Shown: piece after piece, positions 17,344-30,038 of the stretch
Layout of the letters: the number at the start of each line of letters is the position of its first letter
How positions within the stretch are numbered: the first letter of the stretch is position 1
NCBI GenBank assembly: GCA_045652425.1
Contig: JAZRUG010000032.1
Span: 43,846-107,845, forward strand
Length of the DNA: 64,000 nucleotides
DNA from: Eubacteriales bacterium
GTDB lineage: Bacteria > Bacillota > Clostridia > Oscillospirales > CAG-272
Reading direction: 5' to 3'
Made by a program: the position numbers and the translations under genes
The notes under the pieces: generated by a model
Database searches by the model: none
Told to the model about the DNA's origin: nothing
The model's input: only the letters and a program-made list of their open reading frames with translations

Positions 17344-17406
17344 ATTATCCGAAACCGTCTTTCAATCATACAATGTAGTGAGTACAAATGAAAGGAGGTT
17401 TAAAAG

Positions 17407-17814
17407 GTGTGTCAAAATATAAACAATGTTTATTTCAAGTTCGCAATAGCAACTCTCGTTGCAACTGTTCTCGGAATAATTGCAGGAATCGTGTGGCCGG
17501 AGTTCTTTACGAACTTCCCTACACTTCTTCTGATAGAGTTGATAACCGCTGCCGTTGTTCTCGTAATTCTCGGGGTGTATCTTCTTACTCGTGGAACAAG
17601 AGGTAATCAGTCATCTTCTTTTATCGTATATTATATCAGATTTCTTCTTTTTGCAACAATCGGAAGTTTTGTATTCTCCGTTATTGCCCTCTCAACAACT
17701 CTTACAGCTTCTCTTGTTAGCGCAATAATCTTTGGTATAGCAGTAGGCTTCTTCGTTCTTACAATAATCGCTGTAATCTTTCTTTTCGATTATCTCTTAA
17801 AAAACGCTTTTTAA
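17407..17814 (+). CDS. Small integral membrane protein, function unknown
   Basis: 135 aa. GTG start 8 nt after a strong RBS (AAAGGAGG). About four hydrophobic helices (e.g. IATLVATVLGIIAGIVW, LIELITAAVVLVILGVYLL). Has its own terminator. Confidence 0.6.
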   Translation: MCQNINNVYFKFAIATLVATVLGIIAGIVWPEFFTNFPTLLLIELITAAVVLVILGVYLLTRGTRGNQSSSFIVYYIRFLLFATIGSFVFSVIALSTTLTASLVSAIIFGIAVGFFVLTIIAVIFLFDYLLKNAF

Positions 17815-17887
17815 CCAAGTATTTAACCAAAAACAGAACAAAACATCATCGAAAATCCAGTTGCCTTAAACAATAAAAAATACCAAA

Positions 17888-17927
17888 AAGCTCCCCACCT
17901 AAATAAACGGCGGGGAGCTTTATTTTA
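17888..17927 (+). terminator. Rho-independent terminator
   Basis: AAGCTCCCC / GGGGAGCTT 9-bp stem followed by TATTTTA. Confidence 0.7.
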
Positions 17928-17985
17928 CAATATATTTTAGATTTTTTTAAATATAATTTTTTTAAAAAAATATTCTAAAAAACTA

Positions 17986-18014
17986 TTGACTTTATCACTT
18001 TAGTGTGATAAACT
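17986..18014 (+). promoter_or_regulatory. Promoter of the yerC-his operon with an embedded 8-bp inverted repeat (candidate operator)
   Basis: TTGACT (17986-17991), 17-nt spacer, TAAACT (18009-18014). TTTATCAC (17991-17998) and GTGATAAA (18005-18012) are perfect reverse complements separated by 6 nt. They span the spacer and the -10. Confidence 0.55.
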
Positions 18015-18061
18015 ATCTACCGTTATTTGTATAACTAAATTATTCTGAAAAGGTGATTACA

Positions 18062-18358
18062 ATGAAAGATATTCATAACGAATCCACTGAAAGATTTATT
18101 AAAGCGATTCTTAATCTTGAAACCATTGATGAATGTAAAAGATTTTTTGAAGATATTTGCACAATAAAAGAACTACAAGATATGTCTCAAAGACTTGATG
18201 TTGCCCTCCTCCTCAACGAAGGTAAGAGTTATCAAGAAGTTTTGGCAAAAACCGGTGTTAGTACTGCAACAATCAGTCGTGTAAATAAGTGCTTGAATTA
18301 CGGTAGCGGCGGATATAAAGAAGCAATAGAAAAATTGTCTTCAAAGGAGAGTAAGTAA
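18062..18358 (+). CDS. TrpR-like YerC/YecD family DNA-binding protein (candidate histidine-operon repressor)
   Basis: 98 aa: ...FFEDICTIKELQDMSQRLDVALLLNEGKSYQEVLAKTGVSTATISRVNKCLNYGSGGY, the characteristic YerC/YecD (Trp-repressor fold) sequence. Its stop lies 1 nt before the hisZ ATG. Confidence 0.8.
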   Translation: MKDIHNESTERFIKAILNLETIDECKRFFEDICTIKELQDMSQRLDVALLLNEGKSYQEVLAKTGVSTATISRVNKCLNYGSGGYKEAIEKLSSKESK

Positions 18359-18359
18359 A

Positions 18360-19487
18360 ATGGATATAAAAGAAACAGTTTTAAAAAATGAAGAAAAAGC
18401 TATTTTCAAACTCCGTCAGCTTTATGGTAAGTACGGTTACTCGCAGTATAAAATGAGCAAATTCGAAGAATACGACCTATACGTAAGAAATAAAGACTTT
18501 CTTGTTTCGGACAGTATAATCACCTTTACCGATACGAACGGAAAGCTTCTCGCTCTGAAGCCTGACGTTACCCTTTCTATTATAAAAAACACAAAAGACG
18601 AAAAAAATACGGTAAACAAAGTATACTACAACGAAAACGTATACCGTATTTCAAAGGGTGCTCACTCCTTTAAAGAAATTATGCAATCGGGACTTGAATG
18701 CATAGGCGATATTGATAACTACAATATTTATGAAGTTCTTATGCTTGCCTGCGAAAGCTTAAAAAGTATTTCGGAAGACTGCGTTCTTGATATTTCAAAC
18801 CTCGGTATACTTTCCGACGTTATTGAAAACATAAACATTTCCGAAGAAAACAGAAAATACGTTTTGAAATGCGCAAGTGAAAAGAACGTTCACGAAATCA
18901 CAAGAATTTGCATAGAAGAAGGCATTTCTGAAAACAAATCAAATGCATTAAAAAAACTTATTTCAACCTACGGCTCTCCCGAAAGAGTTCTTGAAATGCT
19001 GAAAACCGAACTTTCCGAATATATTGAAAAGAAAAAAATTGATGATTTGTCAGCTATAATCGATACTCTTGTTGAAAACGGTTATGGAAATATGATTCGA
19101 ATTGATTTTTCTGTAATAAACGATATGAATTACTATAACGGAATCGTTTTCAAAGGCTTTATTAACACAATTCCTAGCGGTGTTCTCTCCGGCGGTCAAT
19201 ACGACAAACTTATGCAAAAAATGGGTAGAAAATCAGGCGCTATAGGCTTTGCTGTTTACCTTGATATGCTCGAAAGGTTTAACGAAACCGAAAAAGACTT
19301 TGATGTCGATACGGTTATTCTCTACTCCGACGGCGATGATATTAATTCGCTTAATAACGCAATAAAAATGATGGCTGACAACGGTAAAAGCGTTATGGCT
19401 CAAAAGGCTGTTCCTAAAGATATTAAATACAAACAGTTGTTGAAATTAAATGACAAAGGGGTGGTTATTCTTGAAAACAATGCTTAA
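18360..19487 (+). CDS. hisZ: ATP phosphoribosyltransferase regulatory subunit (HisZ)
   Basis: 375-aa HisRS-paralogue pattern (LALKPDVTLSI..., YYNGIVFKGF...). Precedes, and overlaps by 8 nt, a short-form hisG. Confidence 0.85.
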   Translation: MDIKETVLKNEEKAIFKLRQLYGKYGYSQYKMSKFEEYDLYVRNKDFLVSDSIITFTDTNGKLLALKPDVTLSIIKNTKDEKNTVNKVYYNENVYRISKGAHSFKEIMQSGLECIGDIDNYNIYEVLMLACESLKSISEDCVLDISNLGILSDVIENINISEENRKYVLKCASEKNVHEITRICIEEGISENKSNALKKLISTYGSPERVLEMLKTELSEYIEKKKIDDLSAIIDTLVENGYGNMIRIDFSVINDMNYYNGIVFKGFINTIPSGVLSGGQYDKLMQKMGRKSGAIGFAVYLDMLERFNETEKDFDVDTVILYSDGDDINSLNNAIKMMADNGKSVMAQKAVPKDIKYKQLLKLNDKGVVILENNA

Positions 19488-20109
19488 TATTGCTCTTCCA
19501 AAAGGCAGACTTGGTGAAAAAGTTTACGATATGTTTGAAAGAGCCGGATTTGAATGCCCCTCCATTAAAGAAAACAGCAGAAAACTTATTTTCGAAAACG
19601 ATGAATTATGCGTAAGATATTTTTGGGTTAAGCCCTCCGATTCTGCAATATACGTCGAAAGAGGCGCGGCTGACATAGGCGTTGCAGGAAAAGATATTCT
19701 TCTTGAATACAATCCCGACGTTTATGAGCTTCTCGACCTCGACATAGGCAAATGCAGAATGGCTGTCGCAGCTAAAAAAGAATTTAGAGACGATCCCCAG
19801 AAAACACTTCGCGTTGCAACAAAATTTACAAATATCGCTCAAAATTTCTACGCTTCAAAAGGCAGAGAAATCGATATGATTCACTTGAACGGTTCTATTG
19901 AAATAGCTCCGATATTGGGACTTTCCGACGTAATAGTAGATATAGTTGAAACCGGTACAACATTAAAAGAAAACAATCTCGAAGTTAAAGAAACTATTTT
20001 TCCCATAAGCGCCCGTCTTATCGCAAACAAATCGAGCTTTAAATTCAAAAATACACAAATCGAAAAAATAGTGCGCGAACTTTCAGCGCAAGTTGAGGCA
20101 AAAAAATGA
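19480..20109 (+). CDS. hisG: ATP phosphoribosyltransferase, short form (HisG)
   Basis: MLNIALPKGRLGEKVYDMFERAG...DIVETGTTLKEN. 209 aa, the short HisG type that requires HisZ. The start is chosen at ATG 19480. Confidence 0.92.
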   Translation: MLNIALPKGRLGEKVYDMFERAGFECPSIKENSRKLIFENDELCVRYFWVKPSDSAIYVERGAADIGVAGKDILLEYNPDVYELLDLDIGKCRMAVAAKKEFRDDPQKTLRVATKFTNIAQNFYASKGREIDMIHLNGSIEIAPILGLSDVIVDIVETGTTLKENNLEVKETIFPISARLIANKSSFKFKNTQIEKIVRELSAQVEAKK

Positions 20110-21383
20110 TTAAGATTTTAAAATACGGTGAAGTTGAAAACAAAGATATATTTGCCAGAGCAATATCGGAAATTGACGTTGCCGGTACAGTTACCGAAAT
20201 AATCGAAAACGTAAAAGAAAATGGCGATTCTGCCCTTTTTATGTACTGCGAAAAATTTGACAAAGCAAAATTATCATCACTTGAAGTTTCAAACGATGAA
20301 ATTGAAGAAGCTTTCGCTTCCGTTCCTGCCGAGTTTATTGAAATATTAAAAAAAGCAGCGGCAAATATCAGAAAATTCCACGAAAAACAGATAAGAAACA
20401 GTTTTATTATAAACGACGAAGACGGAATTGTTATCGGACAAAAAATCATCCCTGTAGACAAAGCCGGACTTTACGTCCCCGGCGGTACTGCGGCATATCC
20501 GTCAACCGTGCTTATGGACTCTATTCCCGCAAAAATCGCAGGTGTTAAAGAAGTCGTTATAACGACTCCCCCCTCCGCTAACGGTAAAATTAATCCTGTT
20601 ATACTTGCGGCTGCAAAGATTGCGGGCGTTGACAGAATATTTAAGGTAGGCGGTGCTCAGGCTATCGCGGCATTGGCATACGGAACAGAATCAATCCCTA
20701 AGGTTGACAAAATAGTCGGCCCCGGAAACGCTTTTGTTGCAGAAGCAAAAAAGCAGGTATTTGGAAACGTATCTATTGATATGATTGCAGGACCTTCCGA
20801 AATTCTTGTCGTATCTGATGGAAAAGGTAATCCGGCGCACACAGCGGCTGACCTCCTCTCGCAAGCTGAACACGACAAAATGGCAAGTGCTGTTCTTGTT
20901 ACCGATTCTCTTGATTTTGCAAGAAACGTACAAGCAGAAATTGAAAAACAAATCCCGAAACTCGAAAGACAGGAAATAGCACGTGTATCTATTGACACCA
21001 ATGGTAAAATAATTGTCGCAAATACACTAGACGAAGCTATAGAAATTTCAAATGAAATAGCTCCCGAGCATCTTGAACTTTGTGTAGACAATCCTTTTGA
21101 TTATCTTGATAAAATAAGACACGCAGGTTCGATTTTTATGGGAAGATACTGCCCCGAGGCCTTGGGTGATTATTTTGCAGGACCTAACCACACACTCCCC
21201 ACAAGCGGTACTGCCAAATTCTCAAGTCCGCTTTCGGTTGACGATTTTATTAAAAAAACACAGTATACATATTACACAAAAGACGCGTTGGCAAAAGTTG
21301 CAAATGAAGTTGCTTACTTTGCTGAAAAAGAAGGTTTGACAGCTCACGCCAAGAGCGCTACAATCAGATTCGAAGAAAATTAA
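20106..21383 (+). CDS. hisD: Histidinol dehydrogenase
   Basis: 425 aa: ...GLYVPGGTAAYPSTVLM...AGPSEILV...QAEHD...PEHLEL... ATGA overlap with the hisG stop. Confidence 0.95.
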   Translation: MIKILKYGEVENKDIFARAISEIDVAGTVTEIIENVKENGDSALFMYCEKFDKAKLSSLEVSNDEIEEAFASVPAEFIEILKKAAANIRKFHEKQIRNSFIINDEDGIVIGQKIIPVDKAGLYVPGGTAAYPSTVLMDSIPAKIAGVKEVVITTPPSANGKINPVILAAAKIAGVDRIFKVGGAQAIAALAYGTESIPKVDKIVGPGNAFVAEAKKQVFGNVSIDMIAGPSEILVVSDGKGNPAHTAADLLSQAEHDKMASAVLVTDSLDFARNVQAEIEKQIPKLERQEIARVSIDTNGKIIVANTLDEAIEISNEIAPEHLELCVDNPFDYLDKIRHAGSIFMGRYCPEALGDYFAGPNHTLPTSGTAKFSSPLSVDDFIKKTQYTYYTKDALAKVANEVAYFAEKEGLTAHAKSATIRFEEN

Positions 21384-21398
21384 TCGGAGTTTATTATA

Positions 21399-22463
21399 AT
21401 GAGCAGATTTTTTAGTGAAAAATATAAAAAACTTATTCCCTACACCCCGGGCGAACAGCCGAAGGATATGAAATACATCAAGCTAAACACCAATGAATCG
21501 CCCTTTCCCCCCTCTGAAAAAGCTATTATCGCGGCTATGGAAGAAGCGCAGAAATTACAGCTTTATCCTGACCCCGAATGTAGAGCTTTAACCGAAAGAG
21601 TAGCCGAATACTGCGGTGTAAAATACGAAAACGTGCTTATGACAAACGGCTCTGACGAAATACTCAATTTCGCATTTATGGCTTTTTGTGATGAAAACAC
21701 CCCCGCGGCATTCCCGGATATATCGTACGGTTTTTACAGCGTTTTTGCAGAGCTTAATAACGTACCATACACACAAATTCCTTTAAAAGACGATTTTTCA
21801 ATTGACGTAAACGATTACAAAGGAATAAACAAAACTATATTTATTGCAAACCCCAATGCCCCTACAGGTATGACGCTTACGCTTCCTCAAATCGAAGAAA
21901 TATTGATTTCTAACCCCAACAACGTTGTTGTTATAGATGAAGCGTACGTTGATTTCGGCGCAGAAAGCTGTTTGCCATTAGTAGAAAAATATGACAATCT
22001 TTTGGTTTGTCAGACATTTTCCAAATCACGTTCTATGGCAGGTGCGAGACTTGGTTTCGGTGTCGGTTCTGCCGCACTTATCGCCGACTTGAATACCGTT
22101 AAATATTCAACCAATCCTTACAACATCAACAGAATGACAATGGCAGCGGGAATAGGTGTTTTAAACGATGATGCCTACACTAAAGCAAACTGCGCGGAAA
22201 TTGCTGAAAACAGAGAAAATGCTACCGCAAAATTAAAAGAAATGGGATTTGTTACAACAGATTCAAAATCTAATTTCCTATTCGCTAAACACCCCGATGT
22301 TAACGGACAAACCATATACGAAAACCTCAAGAAAAAAGGAATTCTTGTACGCCACTTCTCGAAACCGAGAATCAGCGAATACGTTAGAATTACCGTAGGC
22401 ACGTCCGAACAAATGACAGCGCTTTTGTTTGCTTTAAAAAAGATATTGGAGGAAAACAAATGA
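21399..22463 (+). CDS. hisC: Histidinol-phosphate aminotransferase
   Basis: 354-aa class-II aminotransferase pattern with LNTNESPFPP, NPNAPTG and TFSKSRSMAGARLG (PLP lysine). Confidence 0.92.
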   Translation: MSRFFSEKYKKLIPYTPGEQPKDMKYIKLNTNESPFPPSEKAIIAAMEEAQKLQLYPDPECRALTERVAEYCGVKYENVLMTNGSDEILNFAFMAFCDENTPAAFPDISYGFYSVFAELNNVPYTQIPLKDDFSIDVNDYKGINKTIFIANPNAPTGMTLTLPQIEEILISNPNNVVVIDEAYVDFGAESCLPLVEKYDNLLVCQTFSKSRSMAGARLGFGVGSAALIADLNTVKYSTNPYNINRMTMAAGIGVLNDDAYTKANCAEIAENRENATAKLKEMGFVTTDSKSNFLFAKHPDVNGQTIYENLKKKGILVRHFSKPRISEYVRITVGTSEQMTALLFALKKILEENK

Positions 22464-23050
22464 TTAGAGTTGCTGAAATCAAAAGAAAAACCGCCGAAAC
22501 AGATATATATTTAAAGATAAGACTTGACGGAAAAGGCGAATCAAAAATAGAAACAGGCTGTGGTTTTCTTGACCACATGCTTACTCTATTCTCAAAACAC
22601 AGCCGATTTGATATAGAAGTATCTTGCAAAGGCGACACATACGTCGATTACCACCACTCTGTTGAAGATATTGGTATTTGCCTCGGTATAGCTTTTAATG
22701 ATGCTATCGGCGATAAAAGAGGTATAAACAGATACGGAGATATCACGCTTCCTATGGACGAAGCTTTGATATTATCCGCAGTAGATATTTCGGGCAGAGA
22801 TTATCTCGGTTATAACCTCAATATTCCTACAGAAAAAGTTGGAGATTTTGACACAGAGCTTGTTGAAGAATTTTGGCTCGGCTTTGTACGTAATGCAAAA
22901 ATAAATCTCCACATAAAACAGCTTGCAGGAACAAACTCCCACCATATTATAGAAGGTGTTTTCAAGGCTGTAGGAAGAGCGCTCGGTCAGGCAACAAAAA
23001 AAGATCCTGCTCTTTTGAATGAAATCCCCTCAACGAAAGGACTCCTTTAA
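22460..23050 (+). CDS. hisB: Imidazoleglycerol-phosphate dehydratase
   Basis: 196 aa: RKTAETDI...GCGFLDHML...DYHHSVEDIGI...NSHHIIEGVFKAVGRAL. Confidence 0.95.
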   Translation: MIRVAEIKRKTAETDIYLKIRLDGKGESKIETGCGFLDHMLTLFSKHSRFDIEVSCKGDTYVDYHHSVEDIGICLGIAFNDAIGDKRGINRYGDITLPMDEALILSAVDISGRDYLGYNLNIPTEKVGDFDTELVEEFWLGFVRNAKINLHIKQLAGTNSHHIIEGVFKAVGRALGQATKKDPALLNEIPSTKGLL

Positions 23051-23670
23051 TGATTGCAATTGTTGATTACGGAGTGGGAAATCTCTTTTCTTTGAAAAGC
23101 TCACTCGCATACGTTGGCGCTGATACGGTTGTTACAAGCGATCCTAACGTATTAAAAAAATCAGAAAAAATAATACTTCCAGGTGTTGGAGCATTCAAAG
23201 ATGCATCAGACAAGCTTTTTGCATCAGGACTTGCTGAAATAGTTACAGAAGAAGCCAGAAATGGTAAACCACTTCTTGGAATATGTCTCGGTATGCAGAT
23301 GCTCTTTGAAAAAAGTTTTGAATACGGCGAAACAAAAGGTCTTGGCTTACTTAAAGGTGAAATAAGACCATTAACTGATGTTGTTGACAAGGAATTAAAA
23401 ATTCCACACATTGGTTGGAACGCTTTAAAATTTACAGAAAACAAATCACCTCTGTTTAAATATATAAACGAGGGTGATTGCGTGTATTTCGTGCATTCAT
23501 TTTACGCAACCGGCTGTGATGATTCACTTATCGCAACCGCTGAATATAGTTGTGATATAACAGCGGCAGTCGGAAAAGGCAATATATACGGCTGTCAGTT
23601 CCACCCTGAAAAAAGCGGAAACGTTGGTCTTAATATTCTCCGCGCATTTTGCGAGAAAGGCGGTATTTGA
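23050..23670 (+). CDS. hisH: Imidazole glycerol phosphate synthase, glutamine amidotransferase subunit
   Basis: 206 aa: IVDYGVGNLFS...LPGVGAF...GICLGMQ...QFHPEKS. Confidence 0.95.
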   Translation: MIAIVDYGVGNLFSLKSSLAYVGADTVVTSDPNVLKKSEKIILPGVGAFKDASDKLFASGLAEIVTEEARNGKPLLGICLGMQMLFEKSFEYGETKGLGLLKGEIRPLTDVVDKELKIPHIGWNALKFTENKSPLFKYINEGDCVYFVHSFYATGCDDSLIATAEYSCDITAAVGKGNIYGCQFHPEKSGNVGLNILRAFCEKGGI

Positions 23671-23672
23671 TT

Positions 23673-24386
23673 ATGATAATATATCCCGCTATTGACCTTT
23701 TCGAAGGAAAAGCAGTACGTCTTTACAAGGGCGACTACAATCAGTTAACCGTCTACAGCAATAACCCCATCGAAATTGCAGAAGACTTTGTAAAACAAAG
23801 CGCAACACATATCCACCTTGTTGACCTTGAAGGAGCCAAAGACGGTACAACACCAAATCTTGAAATTATATGCAATATAAAAAAGAAAACCGGACTTTTT
23901 TGCGAAGTCGGCGGCGGCATACGCTCAATGGATATAGTCGATAAATATATTAGCGCCGGCCTTGACCGCGTTATACTCGGTACGGCGGCTGTTGAAAATA
24001 AAGATTTTGCCGCTGAAGCTGTAAAAAAATACGGAGATAAAATTGCAATCGGCGTTGATATAAAAGACGGTTTCGTTGCAGTAAAGGGCTGGACTGAAAA
24101 ATCCTCGCTTGATGCGTTTGATTTTTGTCTTCAAATGCAAGATATTGGCGTAAAAACGCTTATTTGTACCGATATCTCCAAAGACGGCGCAATGAAAGGT
24201 ACGAACCATGACCTATACAATGAACTTTCACAAAGATGTAATATGCAAATAATAGCGTCGGGCGGTGTTTCGTCTATCCAAGATGTAAAAAAACTCGCTG
24301 ACAAAAAGATATATGGCACGATTATAGGTAAAGCTTATTACACAAAAGCAATTGACCTGAAAGAAGCAATCGAGGTGGCAAAATGA
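23673..24386 (+). CDS. hisA: 1-(5-phosphoribosyl)-5-[(5-phosphoribosylamino)methylideneamino]imidazole-4-carboxamide isomerase
   Basis: MIIYPAIDLFEGKAVRLYKGDY...VGGGIRS...ASGGVSS. The start is set at ATG 23673, after the hisH stop. Confidence 0.93.
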   Translation: MIIYPAIDLFEGKAVRLYKGDYNQLTVYSNNPIEIAEDFVKQSATHIHLVDLEGAKDGTTPNLEIICNIKKKTGLFCEVGGGIRSMDIVDKYISAGLDRVILGTAAVENKDFAAEAVKKYGDKIAIGVDIKDGFVAVKGWTEKSSLDAFDFCLQMQDIGVKTLICTDISKDGAMKGTNHDLYNELSQRCNMQIIASGGVSSIQDVKKLADKKIYGTIIGKAYYTKAIDLKEAIEVAK

Positions 24387-25141
24387 CTACCAAAAGAATA
24401 ATTCCCTGCCTCGACGTAAAAAACGGCCGAGTTGTCAAAGGGGTTAATTTTGAAGGACTTAATGACGTTTCTTCTCCTGTTGAATTAGCCAAATACTATA
24501 GCGACAACGGCGCTGACGAGCTTGTTTTTTATGATATTACGGCATCATTTGAAGAAAGAAAACTCTTTTCGGATATACTTTGCGAAGTTGCAAGTAAAAT
24601 ATTTATTCCCCTTACAGTAGGCGGTGGAATAAACACAGTCGATGACTTTGACAGGGTTTTAAAATGCGGCGCAGATAAGGTCAGTGTTAACTCGGGAGCA
24701 ATTAGAAATCCCGATTTGGTATACCAAGCCGCAAAGCTCTACGGCGACCAATGCGTTGTACTCTCGGTTGACGTAAAACGTGTTGACGGTGTATTCAGAG
24801 TCTTTGCAAAAGGCGGAAGAGAAAACACGGGTATGGAAGCTATTGAATGGATAAAACGATGCGTAGGCAACGGCGCGGGCGAAATAGTTGTTAACTCAAT
24901 AGATACAGACGGTGTAAAAAAAGGCTTTGACCTTGAAATGCTTGATGCCGTATGTAACGCCGTATCAGTTCCTGTTATTGCCTCGGGCGGTGCGGGAAAC
25001 ATACAGCACTTTATTGAACTGTTCAACACTCTTCCCAAGGTTGATGCAGGTCTTGCGGCATCTATCTTCCATTTTGGCGAAGTAAAAATATCCGACCTCA
25101 AAAAAGAACTAAATAAAAACGGAATTTGTATGAGAATATAA
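24383..25141 (+). CDS. hisF: Imidazole glycerol phosphate synthase, cyclase subunit
   Basis: 252 aa: KRIIPCLDVKNGRVVKGVNF...VGGGI...ASGGAG... Confidence 0.95.
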   Translation: MTTKRIIPCLDVKNGRVVKGVNFEGLNDVSSPVELAKYYSDNGADELVFYDITASFEERKLFSDILCEVASKIFIPLTVGGGINTVDDFDRVLKCGADKVSVNSGAIRNPDLVYQAAKLYGDQCVVLSVDVKRVDGVFRVFAKGGRENTGMEAIEWIKRCVGNGAGEIVVNSIDTDGVKKGFDLEMLDAVCNAVSVPVIASGGAGNIQHFIELFNTLPKVDAGLAASIFHFGEVKISDLKKELNKNGICMRI

Positions 25142-25164
25142 CGCTTTGAAAGGATTAAATAAAA

Positions 25165-25815
25165 ATGATAAACATTGACGAACTCAAATTTGACGAAAAA
25201 GGACTTATACCCGCAATTGTGGTTGATGCCAAAACCAAACAAGTCCTTACACTTGCATATATGAACAAAGAAAGCCTTCAGATTTCTATGGAAAAAGGAT
25301 TGACTTGCTTCTACAGCCGTTCAAGACAGTGCCTCTGGCTTAAAGGTGAAACAAGCGGAAATTATCAGCATATAGTTTCTATCACCGCAGACTGCGACAA
25401 AGACGCACTTACCGTTATGGTTGAACCCGACGGTCCCGCTTGTCATCTCGGCACAACTTCATGTTTTGAAAACACGGTGTGGGAAAGCGATGAATTGCAT
25501 GAATTCTCTCTTGAAGGTCTTTTAAAACTTATTGAAGGAAGAAAAACCGACAAAAAAGAGGGTTCATACACAACTTATCTCTTTGAAAAAGGACTTGATA
25601 AGATTCTCAAAAAAGTCGGCGAGGAATGTACCGAAGTTATTATCGGTGCCAAAAATAACGATAAAAAAGAAACTATCTACGAAATCGCTGACCTTACATA
25701 TCACGTAATGGTACTTATGATTGAAATGGGCATTTCTCTTGAAGATATACACAATGAACTTGCATCAAGACACATAATTGATAAAAAAATTAAGCAGGAG
25801 AAAATGACACAATGA
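25165..25815 (+). CDS. hisI: Bifunctional phosphoribosyl-AMP cyclohydrolase / phosphoribosyl-ATP pyrophosphatase
   Basis: 216 aa. The N-terminal half is HisI (LIPAIVVD...[17 protein letters not shown]...DCDKDAL). The C-terminal half is HisE (SYTTYLF...KKVGEECTE...[13 protein letters not shown]). Confidence 0.93.
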   Translation: MINIDELKFDEKGLIPAIVVDAKTKQVLTLAYMNKESLQISMEKGLTCFYSRSRQCLWLKGETSGNYQHIVSITADCDKDALTVMVEPDGPACHLGTTSCFENTVWESDELHEFSLEGLLKLIEGRKTDKKEGSYTTYLFEKGLDKILKKVGEECTEVIIGAKNNDKKETIYEIADLTYHVMVLMIEMGISLEDIHNELASRHIIDKKIKQEKMTQ

Positions 25816-26582
25816 TCGAATATGATCTCCACATGCATACAACCTTTTGCGACGGTAAAAACACCCCCGAAGAAATGGTTCTTTCGGGAATAAAAAGAGG
25901 GTTGAAAACAATCGGCATTTCCGGACATTGTAACACGGGCTTTGATGAAAGTTACTGTATGACAGATCCTGTTATGAAAGAATATTTTGAAGAACTTCAA
26001 AGGCTAAAAAAAGCATACGAAGGTAAAATCAAAGTATTATGCGGTGTTGAACAAGATTACTTTGCAGGAAAACCCAAACTTGATTTTGATTATGTAATAG
26101 GAAGTGTGCATTACATACATAAAAACGGACAATATCTTTCTGTAGACCACAAAGAGTCAATAACATTAAATGACGTAAAAGAACACTACAACGGCGATTT
26201 TTATACATACGCCGAGGATTATTATAAACTTGTGGGCGATGTTCTCAACAATACCGGCGCGGATATTATCGGACATTTTGACCTTGTAACAAAATTCAAC
26301 GAGGGTAACAAACTCTTTGACGTAACCAATCCCAGATACGTAAATGCTTGGAAAGCGGCTGTAGATAAGTTACTTCCCTACGGTAAACCCTTTGAAGTAA
26401 ATACGGGCGCTATTTCAAGGGGCTACAGAACTGCGCCCTATCCTTCTCTACCTATATTGGAATACATAAAAGAAAAAGGCGGAAAGGTAATACTTTCCAG
26501 CGACAGCCACTCGGCTGAAAATATATGCTTCCAATTTGATAAATGGGAAAAACATATAAGAGATGTAGGTTTTGAAATTTAA
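25812..26582 (+). CDS. hisK: Histidinol-phosphatase, PHP family
   Basis: [23 protein letters not shown]...GISGH...GSVHY...IGHFD...SSDSHS, the PHP metal-binding His/Asp pattern. ATGA overlap with the hisIE stop. Confidence 0.85.
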   Translation: MIEYDLHMHTTFCDGKNTPEEMVLSGIKRGLKTIGISGHCNTGFDESYCMTDPVMKEYFEELQRLKKAYEGKIKVLCGVEQDYFAGKPKLDFDYVIGSVHYIHKNGQYLSVDHKESITLNDVKEHYNGDFYTYAEDYYKLVGDVLNNTGADIIGHFDLVTKFNEGNKLFDVTNPRYVNAWKAAVDKLLPYGKPFEVNTGAISRGYRTAPYPSLPILEYIKEKGGKVILSSDSHSAENICFQFDKWEKHIRDVGFEI

Positions 26583-26610
26583 AAAACGGCTGTTAAACAG
26601 CCGTTTTTTT
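26581..26610. terminator. Bidirectional terminator between the convergent his operon and obg
   Basis: A-run, ACGGCTG / CAGCCGT stem, T-run. Confidence 0.8.
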
Positions 26611-26611
26611 G

Positions 26612-27892
<1,281 letters not shown>

Positions 27893-27910
27893 TTAAGCCA
27901 CCTGCTCTTT

Positions 27911-29926
<2,016 letters not shown>

Positions 29927-29953
29927 TTATTAAAATTATACACCGAAATTCCG

Positions 29954-29982
29954 TTGACAATACAAAAAAACTCTGTTATAAT
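29954..29982 (+). promoter_or_regulatory. Consensus sigma-A promoter of the dehydrogenase gene
   Basis: TTGACA (29954-29959), 17-nt spacer, TATAAT (29977-29982). Confidence 0.7.
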
Positions 29983-30038
29983 AATAACATAAATAATTGA
30001 TTTTTGCAATATTATTCAGAAAGAAAGAGGCATTAAAA

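Noticed and set aside
17815-18061. A possible T-box or attenuator leader upstream of the his operon.
   Set aside because: The region contains only a terminator for the upstream gene and a promoter. It has no specifier loop, no T-box sequence (AGGGUGGNACCGCG-like) and no leader peptide with His codons.
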